DNA of 60,273 nucleotides, counting the filler, from Nitrospinae bacterium RIFCSPLOWO2_12_FULL_45_22 (GTDB taxonomy: Bacteria > 2-12-FULL-45-22), in NCBI GenBank assembly GCA_001803565.1. It is 9 parts of 9 records of this genome, joined end to end, with 100 filler letters (N's around TTAATTAATTAA, not from the genome) between each part and the next. Parts side by side here need not be neighbours in the genome. Positions count along the whole stretch, not along the records: positions 36,681 to 42,302 come from MHDQ01000198.1; positions 42,403 to 47,409 come from MHDQ01000199.1; positions 47,510 to 54,078 come from MHDQ01000200.1; 6 more parts are not named here. The stretch is one strand, 5' to 3'. Each line of letters opens with the position of its first letter. Position 1 is the first letter of the stretch. Below, piece after piece: positions 38,484 to 48,419 of this stretch. Position numbers and translations under genes: made by a program. The notes beneath the pieces were generated by a model. The model saw only the letters and a program-made list of their open reading frames with translations, was not told where the DNA came from and ran no database searches.

Positions 38484-40544
38484 TTATACTTCCTTAGATG
38501 ATTCAGTTTCTTTTACCTCTTCAATTTTCCAATAGGACAAAGCTTCGTCTAAATCAAATCGTGTTTGTGAATCGGGTTTCCACGAAAGATGTGGTGCCGA
38601 TGATTGACTGTGTGGTGCTTTTTCAGGACGATCTACTTGTACTCGTGCCGGGACATGGAAACTACTACCAAGGACAATTGCTTCACCTGCGCTCAGGATT
38701 GTAATTTGATCCAGCAGACGGCGTGATTGGCTTGGGACAATCCTTCTAAAATGTTCGATATCGTCGGGATTCTGCAACCGGTGCATTATGAAGTTTGCGC
38801 ATTGACTTAACACCGTTGGGCTAATGTCTCCGGGTCTTTGACTGGCGACAATGAGAGAAAGCCCAAATTTACGTCCCTCTTTAGCAATTCGCTCAAATGC
38901 TTCACGGGAAACGCTTAGTCCCCTCGATTCATTTTGACGAACAGGGCAGACATAATTATGCGCCTCTTCAAGTACCGCTACCCAGGGTTCATGAAAACGC
39001 TTCATAGACGGAGCATGTTCACGAAGCTCCAGCAGCAAACGCCCTATAATACCACAAACATAGGGAAGGATTTCATAATCAATCATTGAGCAATCAATAA
39101 CACAAACGTCATTTCCTTCTGTTTCACTGCCTATGCCTAATTTCTCAAGCCAGTCTCGAAAACTCTTTATGCCGAGATTGTCATAATTAAAGAAACAATA
39201 CCAACGCTGGTCTTGAAGGCGGTTTCCGATACGTAACAGTAATCCTCTTAGAAATTGGCGAAAGCTTTGGTCGCCTTCTTCAATACTTGCAGCCTTATAA
39301 AGCTCCGTTGAATTTTGTAAATAATCAAGGCTGAAGTATATCGGTTTATTTGCAGATTGTTGTGTGATCTCCGGTTCGGCTGTAGTAAGATTTGAAAGAC
39401 CATCCCGTAACTGTTGCAGATTAGTTTTCAACTCTGGCTCATCTGCACCATAGGACTTGCTACACTTTTTTTCATCAGCCGCTACTATAGTATTATTAAT
39501 AGTCGCAATTAATTTCTTTATAGCATCGTTCAAGCCGATACCCTTCAAGTATCCATTGAAAGCCGACCATATTTGTTTGATATCTAGTGCCTTGTTAAAG
39601 GAGTTGCTATCAATCACTCCCAAAATATGGTTAATTCTTAAAATTGCCTCCTGAACATTATTTTTTATATTCCCTTTATCAAATTTACCACCCTTAGCAA
39701 CTGACCACAAATTGATAAGCGCTGGTTGCTGTGTTTGTTCCGCAACACTTAACCAAATACAAGCTTCGTGAGTATTCATGAGCCAGACAGGCAAACCCAA
39801 TTCTTTTCCATTAACGTATAAGTAGTTGGGTTTTCGGCCATCGCCTGGCTCTGGTTTCCCAAAAGCGCTGGCATATTCGCCGTTTATATCAAGGATAAAA
39901 ACTTTTGGCCGATTAGTTATACGATCTTTTTGTGATTGCTGTATAAGATGGCTTACCGTGTTGGATTTACCGGAGCCGGTATTGCCTACGATGGCGAGAG
40001 GTCTTGAGAACAAGTCATTGAAAGAACCCTTAACAATCTGGTTGCCAGGCGCAATAGCTATGCCTATTCGGAGGCCGCTATCGAAAGGTTCTCCATCTGG
40101 GTGGTCTTCTGGTTTATTTCTCTTAGGTGCATCGTCGAATAAGGCATCAAGAAGATATTTCTCAACAATCTCCGCTGGTGTATCCAAGGTTGGTAAAATA
40201 CTAATGCCTGGATCGAAACGATAAGATTCAGAACGAAATACAGGTTTTAAAGTTCCAAGTAATTGGATAGTTGCAACACGACGCGGCTTTGTGAGTTCTA
40301 AGGAAAGTTCTTCATTCGAGGGCTCGAAGCTATCGCGCGCATCTAAGTCTGTTACGATGCCAATAGCATATTGGCCAGCGCCTATGCTAAAAGACAGATA
40401 TGCATTTATTGAAATAGCAAGACTCGCACCTTGCAAGTTCGATAGATGGGCACGCACCGGGCTTTTTATTTCGGAAGCAAGTTCTACCTTAACACAAAAA
40501 CCATGTACGCCCACTACATGTCCGACGATCTTATCATTCATCAT
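38484..40544 (-). CDS. herA: HerA/DUF87 ATPase of a SIR2-HerA defence system
   Basis: HAS-barrel-like N-terminus, GNTGSGKS, LDINGEY, LEEAH, EGRKFG, SQRP. Confidence 0.9.
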   Translation of the reverse strand: MMNDKIVGHVVGVHGFCVKVELASEIKSPVRAHLSNLQGASLAISINAYLSFSIGAGQYAIGIVTDLDARDSFEPSNEELSLELTKPRRVATIQLLGTLKPVFRSESYRFDPGISILPTLDTPAEIVEKYLLDALFDDAPKRNKPEDHPDGEPFDSGLRIGIAIAPGNQIVKGSFNDLFSRPLAIVGNTGSGKSNTVSHLIQQSQKDRITNRPKVFILDINGEYASAFGKPEPGDGRKPNYLYVNGKELGLPVWLMNTHEACIWLSVAEQTQQPALINLWSVAKGGKFDKGNIKNNVQEAILRINHILGVIDSNSFNKALDIKQIWSAFNGYLKGIGLNDAIKKLIATINNTIVAADEKKCSKSYGADEPELKTNLQQLRDGLSNLTTAEPEITQQSANKPIYFSLDYLQNSTELYKAASIEEGDQSFRQFLRGLLLRIGNRLQDQRWYCFFNYDNLGIKSFRDWLEKLGIGSETEGNDVCVIDCSMIDYEILPYVCGIIGRLLLELREHAPSMKRFHEPWVAVLEEAHNYVCPVRQNESRGLSVSREAFERIAKEGRKFGLSLIVASQRPGDISPTVLSQCANFIMHRLQNPDDIEHFRRIVPSQSRRLLDQITILSAGEAIVLGSSFHVPARVQVDRPEKAPHSQSSAPHLSWKPDSQTRFDLDEALSYWKIEEVKETESSKEV

Positions 40545-41946
40545 TATCGTCCTTTTCCAAAGTGTTCGTGTTTAAGCTGCGCTTTAGTATTTGTTCCATC
40601 TTTTTTAGCTTAATCCAATCATTTAGCCATGATACATTTGGGAGAACGATCCTGGCAAAATCATCGAAAGTCGCAGGACTGTCGGGTGAGATTTCCTTAG
40701 ATTCTGAATATGGTGAAAGTAAATACACCCGCGCTCCCATTTGTTGATATTCTTTTAGTCTTTTAATCATGTTTTCATTTGGACGAGGGTCTACAACAAG
40801 CATCACAAAACTCGGATTAATAAGAGCGTCTTCAATAATCCTGTTTACGTGTTCGTCACCAAAACCATAACCCACGACAATTAAAAAGGTTTGTGGTTGC
40901 TGAAGAGTTTGATGAAAAGCACGAAAAATGTGGGCATAAGGTAAATCAAGAGTTTGAATATATTTATTTGAAGTTGGTAGAATCCCTACAGGGCCAAGTT
41001 CTTCTCGAAATATACTCTCAAAGTTATTAATGGTTTTGGATTTTTGGTATTCAGCTCGCCATTCTACAAACGGCGATAAGGACAGGTGTGAAGCAAGTAC
41101 ATCCTTGCCGCCATTTCTTTCCCACCAGTGAATCGAACCATGAAGTTTATAAAGCTGGATGAATTTATCATACCTCCGAACCCGACCTTCTGAGACCTCG
41201 CCGGGATAATACATATCGAGGCCATAACAAGAAGGTTCAAAGCGGCGTTCGGCTTGACCTACAAAACCATCTACATAATGAATCCCCAAATGATCCAATG
41301 CCTGCTCTATAAGAGTATCGTAATTCAAAGTGAAGACTTTCGCACGTCCCAAAGAAGGATCGCGTGAAATAAGCTTCGCAACAAATGCATGATGCCCTGT
41401 AGTTTCGTCACGTGGATTTGGCAATTGAAGAGAACACCAAACATAGATTGCACGGCGTAAATCGTTAAGAAGTGTGTTTAATTCCTTGGGATTTAACTGA
41501 ACCCCGTCTTTCCATTTGAAATCAGATATAGGAGATTCCTTCTGGGAGGTAAGAAATGCAGCATTGCTGAGATAGGAAAGCCACGCTTCAAATGAGGAGA
41601 TACCTGTTTCTTTTGGTGACGCCAATCTTTTATCTACAAAAGCATGTAAGTTTGCCTGTTTTTCATCGTTTTTTTTGTAATAGTCTTTAAGAAAAGAAAG
41701 AACCGACTCTTCTAATTTAGCCAACAGAAGCCCTTTATGAGCAACAGAGCAACCAGCCGCCATCAAGACAGAAACATTTTCCATACGAAGCCATTGAGAC
41801 AATAATGCTTGAAGCCTTGTCAATTCGGCATCTTCTGCGTCGACTGCCTCTGTGTTAGCGAGTTCAAGAATGTCGTTTTCATTAGGACCAGATAGTTTAT
41901 AACGTCTCATAATCGTTTGCCCATAAAGGGTTCCTTTTTTATGCAT
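40534..41946 (-). CDS. SIR2-like NADase of a SIR2-HerA defence system
   Basis: AAGCS, FTLNYD, KLHGSIHW, GYGFGDEHVN; overlaps the herA start. Confidence 0.9.
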   Translation of the reverse strand: MHKKGTLYGQTIMRRYKLSGPNENDILELANTEAVDAEDAELTRLQALLSQWLRMENVSVLMAAGCSVAHKGLLLAKLEESVLSFLKDYYKKNDEKQANLHAFVDKRLASPKETGISSFEAWLSYLSNAAFLTSQKESPISDFKWKDGVQLNPKELNTLLNDLRRAIYVWCSLQLPNPRDETTGHHAFVAKLISRDPSLGRAKVFTLNYDTLIEQALDHLGIHYVDGFVGQAERRFEPSCYGLDMYYPGEVSEGRVRRYDKFIQLYKLHGSIHWWERNGGKDVLASHLSLSPFVEWRAEYQKSKTINNFESIFREELGPVGILPTSNKYIQTLDLPYAHIFRAFHQTLQQPQTFLIVVGYGFGDEHVNRIIEDALINPSFVMLVVDPRPNENMIKRLKEYQQMGARVYLLSPYSESKEISPDSPATFDDFARIVLPNVSWLNDWIKLKKMEQILKRSLNTNTLEKDDNDE

Positions 41947-42020
41947 TCTACCTAATTATTTTCAAACTCTCAATCCCTCTTGCGTCAATGATCTTCACAG
42001 CCACCAGAGGATTATTCAGT

Positions 42021-42263
42021 CTAAATCAGTCCCTTCTTTTTTGCTTCAAGAACTTCCTTGTGTATCTCTTCTACCTTTTTATCTCCCCAGAACTTCTTTA
42101 TCTCCTGAACAGAATCTCCCTTACCCCTTTCAAAACTCACTATAAATCTCGTTGCATCCGCTTCCCCCATGTTATCTACAAGCAGATTCCATCCCTTCCT
42201 TACTATCTCATTTATTGCGACAGATTCCTCATTCTTTATCACGTCATACCTCCTTTTTGACAA
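42021..42263 (-). CDS. Small TA-associated protein following a PIN-gene 3' end at 42260-42302
   Basis: KGWNLLVDNMGEADATRFI...GDSV; upstream frame ends ICNPIIFVKKEV*. Confidence 0.6.
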   Translation of the reverse strand: MSKRRYDVIKNEESVAINEIVRKGWNLLVDNMGEADATRFIVSFERGKGDSVQEIKKFWGDKKVEEIHKEVLEAKKKGLI

Positions 42264-42402
42264 AAATTATAGGATTACATATCTTCATACCGCTTCCATG
42301 CTNNNNNNNNNNNNNNNNNNNNNNNNNNNNNNNNNNNNNNNNNNNNTTAATTAATTAANNNNNNNNNNNNNNNNNNNNNNNNNNNNNNNNNNNNNNNNNN
42401 NN

Positions 42403-43878
42403 AGCCATCATAAGCTCGTAACCATACACGCGGGGGAGCAGATGTTTAGGGACATACTCGTTCCAAGCTGCCTGAATTTGCGCCTCTGTTTTGCCCGCCT
42501 TCTTCCACTTTTCGATCATCGTTTTATGGATAACGTCAATAACCTCTACAATGAAAGTGGCTGTGCCGGTAGCAGGGTCAAGGATCAGAACGAACGGTTC
42601 ATCAGGTGCAACGCCATCTGGAATCTTGAGCTCAGGATTCCTCTTGACCATCTCACCCCATGTAACGGTCGAGGCAAGACCGTCTTCAAGCCCAAATTCG
42701 GTTTTCAGCAATTCATCAACGCTTCTTACAATATAGTAGACAACGGGCTGAGGCGTGTAGAAGACCCCTCGTTCAACCTTTTTCTTCTTGTCATACTCTT
42801 TGAGGAAAAGTTCATAGAAGTGGACGACCGGGTCCTCCTGCATTGTTTTCTTGCCGAAATCCCTCATGACTGCTTCAATGTGCGTGTCAGGTCTGTTCAA
42901 CAAATCTACAACTTCCTGTATCCCAAGTTCGTCAAAATCAATTTTACCTTTGCGACCGCCGACTTTTAAGAATGTACCGAGCATCTCTTTGAGGAAGGGG
43001 TTTGTGATAGGAACCATGTCGGCCAGATTATCGGCTATAACACCGGCAGGCCGTGAGACCCGGGCAGCAAGGAGTCCATAGGCAATAGTCTGTGCATACA
43101 TATCTGCAAAGTCGTCTTCATTCAGGTCATGGATAAGCGCTGTTTGAAAGGCCTTGTGCAATTTACGTAACGGACCACGCTCTGATTCTATTTTCAGAAT
43201 GAGATTGGCGCGTTGACGAATACTTTTGGCAAGATCGGCAAGGCGTATTGCCAGCTCTTTGGACGTGGTGATAACTTCCCTAGGGCGCAGTTCAAAGGCG
43301 TCTGACCATTTCTTGCGCCACGCCCCGGCATCATCTTCATCATCAGGCCAGCGCATCTTTTCATCAAGAGTATGAACAACATGGTCAATTTTCAACTTTG
43401 TGTCATCGTCATCCCAGCCGAGAACACGCAATGTCGGGAGGTCGCCGAAAAGCCGATCAGCAGGTTCGCTGAAATGGGCGAAGGTAATCTCACGATGTTC
43501 AGATTCGCCATAGGAGGAAATGAACAGGAGGTCGTGAAAGTTCCACACGGCCTGTTGGGATTTGTTCGCTGAGGCGCGTTTATTGATAACAAGAGAGCGC
43601 AGAATACGCCGCAAAACAACAATGGGTAACTGCTTCGGCTCAAAATTGATGAAAAAGATACCCCAAGGCTGCTTTGAGGAAAGAGGCCTGAGTTGCTTAA
43701 TCTCTTTTATCTTTACAGCGGTTTTCGCGTCTATGCCGAGTTCTTCCGGCTCGTAGTCAAAGGTCAGGTCATCAAAGTCGTCTGATTCAATAGGCCAGTC
43801 AAGTTCGTCACGGAGGTATTTTACAAGCGAAGGGAATGTTCTAATTTCCCTGAGCCTCTGAACCTTTTGTGATATCAC
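42403..43878 (-). CDS. N6-adenine DNA methyltransferase, type ISP/IIG-like (N-terminal part)
   Basis: FADMYAQTIAYGL, HFYELFL, GVFYTP, LDPATGTATF, YGYELM. Confidence 0.85.
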
Positions 43879-43892
43879 ACAACCCTCCCTTC

Positions 43893-46800
43893 TTAAGACA
43901 GTTCCATCCAGGCCTTAAGCGTGGCCTTTACGCCCACAGGTGCCTGAACTTTCTTAAAGTATGAATTTTTAATATGCTTTTCTACAATCGCCCTAATTTC
44001 AGAAAGATTTTTTTCTGGCAATGTCAGATGCCGTGGAGTATCTGGCTTACTCCGGATTAACTGAACGATTTTAGTATCATCTTCAATAATTGAAGCTTTC
44101 TCAATGTCATACAAATACCAGCGGGTAAAGCCCGCTTCATCTGTCCATTGCTCAAGCTCTGGTTTATCCTGATCTTTTGCTGCTTCTGGGCCAGGAAGGG
44201 CGTAACAGAAGAAAACTCCTTTTGCGTTTGCTTTTGGATGCTGTTTGCCGCTAAAAACCTTGCCGGGAAGCATTGAGAGCCGTTCAGTCAGATCAGGATA
44301 ATCTTTTAAAAGCTGCTGATATTCAAGATGCATTTCCTCAATTGGCGTTGTTGTACCTTCATAGGCATGACTAAATTCTTTGAGGGCATCATAATCGTCT
44401 TCAGGGCGTAGAAGCTTTTTCCCTTCAATGCCAAATGTCTTGGAAATGCGCAGAGTCTTATGGGATACCCTTGTGTAAAGACGCAGAAGAATTTCCAATT
44501 CATCCGGAGGCAAAAAGTTCCAGTAGACGATTTTGCCTCTCAATGGGTTTAAGTCAGGATGATCGCTTAAGAGCCTATCTTCAATGCCCGGATTCATACG
44601 GCGGTCAACACGACCTATCCTCTGCATGAGACGAACCGGATTCCAATGTAAATCATAATTGATCAGCCTCATTGCATCCTGCAGGTTAAGACCTTCCGAA
44701 AGAACATCTGTGGAAATAAGAACCCTGATTTCCTCTTTTCCTTGGGCTTTAATTTCTGCACTTGAGGAGTCATTATAATACGGTGAAAACCGCTGAATGA
44801 CTTCACTTCTGTCACGCTTGGAACCACTATCTATCTGCTCAACGCCCTCAATTCCTACATCTTTAATTTGTTTATGTATGTAACGTGCTGTTTCAGCAAA
44901 TTCGCTGAAGATAAGAACTTTTTCTTTTTTAAGAACCGGATCGCTCTTAAGGAGTTTAATAAGAGCTTTCAGTTTATCGTCATGTTGAGGTTTGAACTTT
45001 CTTAATTCTTCGAGAAAATCACATATTTCATCAAGATCGAGATAGGTATCATCCAATATTTCCTCAACCTTATACTCTTCTCTGCTTAAATATTCAATGT
45101 CTTCCAGCATTTCTTCAGTGACGATGTCCTCATCGGCATCTTCAGGTTCCTCGTCACCGAATAACTCTTGTTGATGTTCATGCACATAGTTTATTAGTTC
45201 AGCATTTTGGAGCTTCCAGCGTTCAAGTCTCTTTTTCTCATGTTCGGTTTCACTATGTTTTGTTACCCAAGCAAGTAGTTTAAGCAATAACCGTTCACAT
45301 GAGAGCCCGAAAGAATAGGCTGAACTCTCAAAACGTTTCAGAAATTGTATCCGTATAAGGCTAACAACCTGTTTTTGCCGATTTTCAACAAAGTGGTCTA
45401 TTGATTCATCCGACCCCTTATAGTATGCCAGTGGATAATAGATACCGAGGACAAAAAGGGGTTTATCTTTTGCAAACGCTTTTTCAACTTTATCAAGCAG
45501 ACGGCCATATGTTTTTTTGACTGAATAATCAACAACACGCGGGGCTTCACGGGAGGGGAAGATTGTAGCACTTCCTCCTTGTTGTATTTGGCTCTGTTTT
45601 GCATATGCCCTGCTTCTCTGGACAACCAGATGACGAAATAGAGTATCTGTCATAAGGGCACGCTCGGCTTCAGCCATATTAAGCTCAAGAAGAAGTTGAT
45701 CGCTTGGCGTAATTGTTTTCTTAAGCTCATTTTCCATACGGATAAAATGACCTCTAAGTGAATGTATCCCAAGAGTTGATTTAAAATAATCTTCACGTTG
45801 GCGAGTAAAAAGCTCAACCATATGGCGGAAGTCATCAAGTCGGTTGTTAATAGGTGTTGCGGTTATCAAATAAAGTTCTTTTGAACCTTTGAGTCCCTCT
45901 ATAATGTCGAAAAGAAGACGATACCGTGATGGTCTTCGTTCACCGATTCCTTTAATACCGGGGTTGCGGAAGTGATGGGCTTCATCAATGATGATTGCGT
46001 CAGCCATTTCCTTGATTCGCTCAAACCGATAAGGGAAATCACCACCTCTGCCAAGGTCTGTATGGTTGAAGATAACGAGATTACTAAAATCACCACCTTT
46101 AACACCACCTATATGACGTAGATAGCGTTTTAGATCTCTTTCCCAAACATCTGCTCGTGTTGATTTTGGAACGAATAAGGCAACCCTTTTCCTGTCATGC
46201 ATTACAAGACGCTCTATGAGCATCAACCCTACAAATGTCTTGCCTAATCCGACACCATCACAAATAAATGCGCCACCATGCTGTCGGGCGATTTTAATTA
46301 ATGCCTGATAGCCCTCTTTTTGATATTGATCCAAAATTGGATACATTTTCGATTCGGTTTGTTCCCATTGTGACGGGGTCATTTCATAGCTGCGGAAATA
46401 TTCCTGCAGCGCCTTTGCATAGACTTCAAAGGGAGAATATTCTCGGGTATGCCGTTCAATAACCTTCAGAATGTCCTCACTTATTGGCTCTGCCTCATTC
46501 CAATGGCGCTCATACCATTCCTGAAGTAACTCTACTTCGCGTCTAATTTGAATATTTAATTCAACATTTTCCGTAAGTCCCGGATAGGTAAAGTTACTCG
46601 AACCCACGAGAGCTGTAGAGCCGATTACTGCATGTTTGGCATGAGTTATATAAGCCTTGGCGTGAAATTTATCTTTTGTATAAATGCGGCATTCAATCTG
46701 GCTTTTTCTGATAGCATCAACGATAGCTGGTACACCTGTGAGAAAATCGTTTTTCTCTTTCTCTCTTTCAATGCTGGCATCGAGAATTTGCCTGGCTGTT

Positions 46801-47051
46801 TCAATTCCTGCGAGGAGTGCTTTCTTAGTTCGCTTTGATACCTCGTCTCCCATGAGAATTCTAATTTTTTCCAATTTCTGCCACTGACCATCAAGGGCTA
46901 AGAGAGCACCGATTTCAAAGTAACCAGTAGCAATATCAAACTTGTGAGCGAGATCTGTCCACTCATGAAGGTAATTTCTCACCTTCCAATCCTGATCGCT
47001 GTTATCAACGATAAAGAGGTCGGAACCTTGTAGTTTTGACTCTTTTTTCAT
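43893..47051 (-). CDS. PLD nuclease-SNF2-like helicase fusion
   Basis: FHAKAY...GSSNFT (HKD-like), DGVGLGKT, IDEAH, TATP, SEGLNLQ, QRIGRVDR. Confidence 0.9.
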   Translation of the reverse strand: MKKESKLQGSDLFIVDNSDQDWKVRNYLHEWTDLAHKFDIATGYFEIGALLALDGQWQKLEKIRILMGDEVSKRTKKALLAGIETARQILDASIEREKEKNDFLTGVPAIVDAIRKSQIECRIYTKDKFHAKAYITHAKHAVIGSTALVGSSNFTYPGLTENVELNIQIRREVELLQEWYERHWNEAEPISEDILKVIERHTREYSPFEVYAKALQEYFRSYEMTPSQWEQTESKMYPILDQYQKEGYQALIKIARQHGGAFICDGVGLGKTFVGLMLIERLVMHDRKRVALFVPKSTRADVWERDLKRYLRHIGGVKGGDFSNLVIFNHTDLGRGGDFPYRFERIKEMADAIIIDEAHHFRNPGIKGIGERRPSRYRLLFDIIEGLKGSKELYLITATPINNRLDDFRHMVELFTRQREDYFKSTLGIHSLRGHFIRMENELKKTITPSDQLLLELNMAEAERALMTDTLFRHLVVQRSRAYAKQSQIQQGGSATIFPSREAPRVVDYSVKKTYGRLLDKVEKAFAKDKPLFVLGIYYPLAYYKGSDESIDHFVENRQKQVVSLIRIQFLKRFESSAYSFGLSCERLLLKLLAWVTKHSETEHEKKRLERWKLQNAELINYVHEHQQELFGDEEPEDADEDIVTEEMLEDIEYLSREEYKVEEILDDTYLDLDEICDFLEELRKFKPQHDDKLKALIKLLKSDPVLKKEKVLIFSEFAETARYIHKQIKDVGIEGVEQIDSGSKRDRSEVIQRFSPYYNDSSSAEIKAQGKEEIRVLISTDVLSEGLNLQDAMRLINYDLHWNPVRLMQRIGRVDRRMNPGIEDRLLSDHPDLNPLRGKIVYWNFLPPDELEILLRLYTRVSHKTLRISKTFGIEGKKLLRPEDDYDALKEFSHAYEGTTTPIEEMHLEYQQLLKDYPDLTERLSMLPGKVFSGKQHPKANAKGVFFCYALPGPEAAKDQDKPELEQWTDEAGFTRWYLYDIEKASIIEDDTKIVQLIRSKPDTPRHLTLPEKNLSEIRAIVEKHIKNSYFKKVQAPVGVKATLKAWMELS

Positions 47052-47509
47052 AAGGCTTTTCTCTCACCTTCAAGTTTATTCTTAAAAGACAGCAAGGATA
47101 TTTCCGTTCATATCGGTAAGCGTTATATCTGGTCTAATGCTTTTCTTACAGTCAGAAATCTTTTGATGTTCTGAACATAAGACATCCTCCTGCTGATAGA
47201 GCAACGTATCCCCCGCTTCCAGCATGATCGCAGCAGCCTTTCAACCCTGTTAGAAAAGAATATTCTAACGGGGTCAATAACCTTTAAACTTGTCCCCCGT
47301 ATCAAGTACGGGGCAGGCTCTGCAAGTATTAAACAGGGATCGGTATCCGTTGCTTCGTTGATTTTAGACATTTTATCTGCACACCTTATTTTTGTCCTTT
47401 TGGTTTTAANNNNNNNNNNNNNNNNNNNNNNNNNNNNNNNNNNNNNNNNNNNNTTAATTAATTAANNNNNNNNNNNNNNNNNNNNNNNNNNNNNNNNNNN
47501 NNNNNNNNN

Positions 47510-47597
47510 CCCTGGATTTATGTAGGACCCCTCTATCACCCTCAATCCTTACCCTCTTTATTATCCTCCTTACCTGCCGATCACTTAATGAAAGTAA
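47510..47597 (-). mobile_element. Fragment of the same IS as 51875-52681
   Basis: Identical to sequence at about 52399-52486. Confidence 0.85.
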
Positions 47598-47740
47598 TAT
47601 AAATGTCTTGATTTCCGGGCTTTTGTGGGAGGGAATACCCCACCGAATACTAGGGTTAGCCGAGAGAGGAACTATATCCATTTACACGACTATATCAATT
47701 TTAGAGGAGATGGAAGAGGTTCTTGTCCGACATAAATTAC
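47598..47740 (+). pseudogene. PIN-family toxin fragment
   Basis: NVLISGLLWEGIPHRIL...ILEEMEEVL. Confidence 0.6.
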
Positions 47741-47960
47741 GGACAAACCCCTCCTTTCCCGTTTTCGCCCCCATTCCTCCCTACTCGTTCAGTCTCCCTT
47801 TGGTTCCCTTCGCCTCTTACACCTATCTTGTGCCATGCTGCAAGCTTGACCACAAGACAAAAAAAGACAAAAAACCCTCTTGACTTTCTCTGCTCGCAGA
47901 TATAATTTACTGCTAAAATCAAACTCCTATCAAAATCAAATATCAAAAGGATATAAGCTA

Positions 47961-48419
47961 ATGGAACCCCAATTCCGTTTCTCTGTATGGCGTCCTGCAC
48001 GGCTTATTCGCACATTAGATTATCCTGTCAATACCTGTGGTGATGAAATTTTTGTGTTTGAACCTAATCGTCTTCAAGAGCAAATTTATATCTGGGATCC
48101 TGGACCTAACGATGTTTTTGCATCCCTTGATAAGGAGCTTGGAGATGAATTTCGACTTTTTCTGCTTGAGAAATTTGATCCCGGCTTGGCCCCTGAGGAG
48201 CGAAGTATCGCTCTGTTAGGGGAAGCTGTCGGCGACTTGAACTCCAAACTGCAAAAAACCATGACAACTCCCTGGGCTGACTCCCAACAAACGGTCCTAC
48301 AAGGTCAGAATGACGAAGTTAATCTTCGCGTCAACGTGCCCTTGGCATTATTGAATCACCTTTTATGGATAGCTAAGGTGTTTGGGCATGTGCCTCGCGC
48401 TTCGGTGACGGTCAGATGA
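47961..48419 (+). CDS. Hypothetical protein, gene 1 of a three-gene operon
   Basis: ATG 47961 with AAGGA RBS; ATGA overlap with the next gene. Confidence 0.75.
   Translation: MEPQFRFSVWRPARLIRTLDYPVNTCGDEIFVFEPNRLQEQIYIWDPGPNDVFASLDKELGDEFRLFLLEKFDPGLAPEERSIALLGEAVGDLNSKLQKTMTTPWADSQQTVLQGQNDEVNLRVNVPLALLNHLLWIAKVFGHVPRASVTVR

Noticed and set aside
47880-47906. TTGACT...TATAAT promoter for the three-gene operon
   Set aside because: The spacer is only 15 bp; plausible but not well supported
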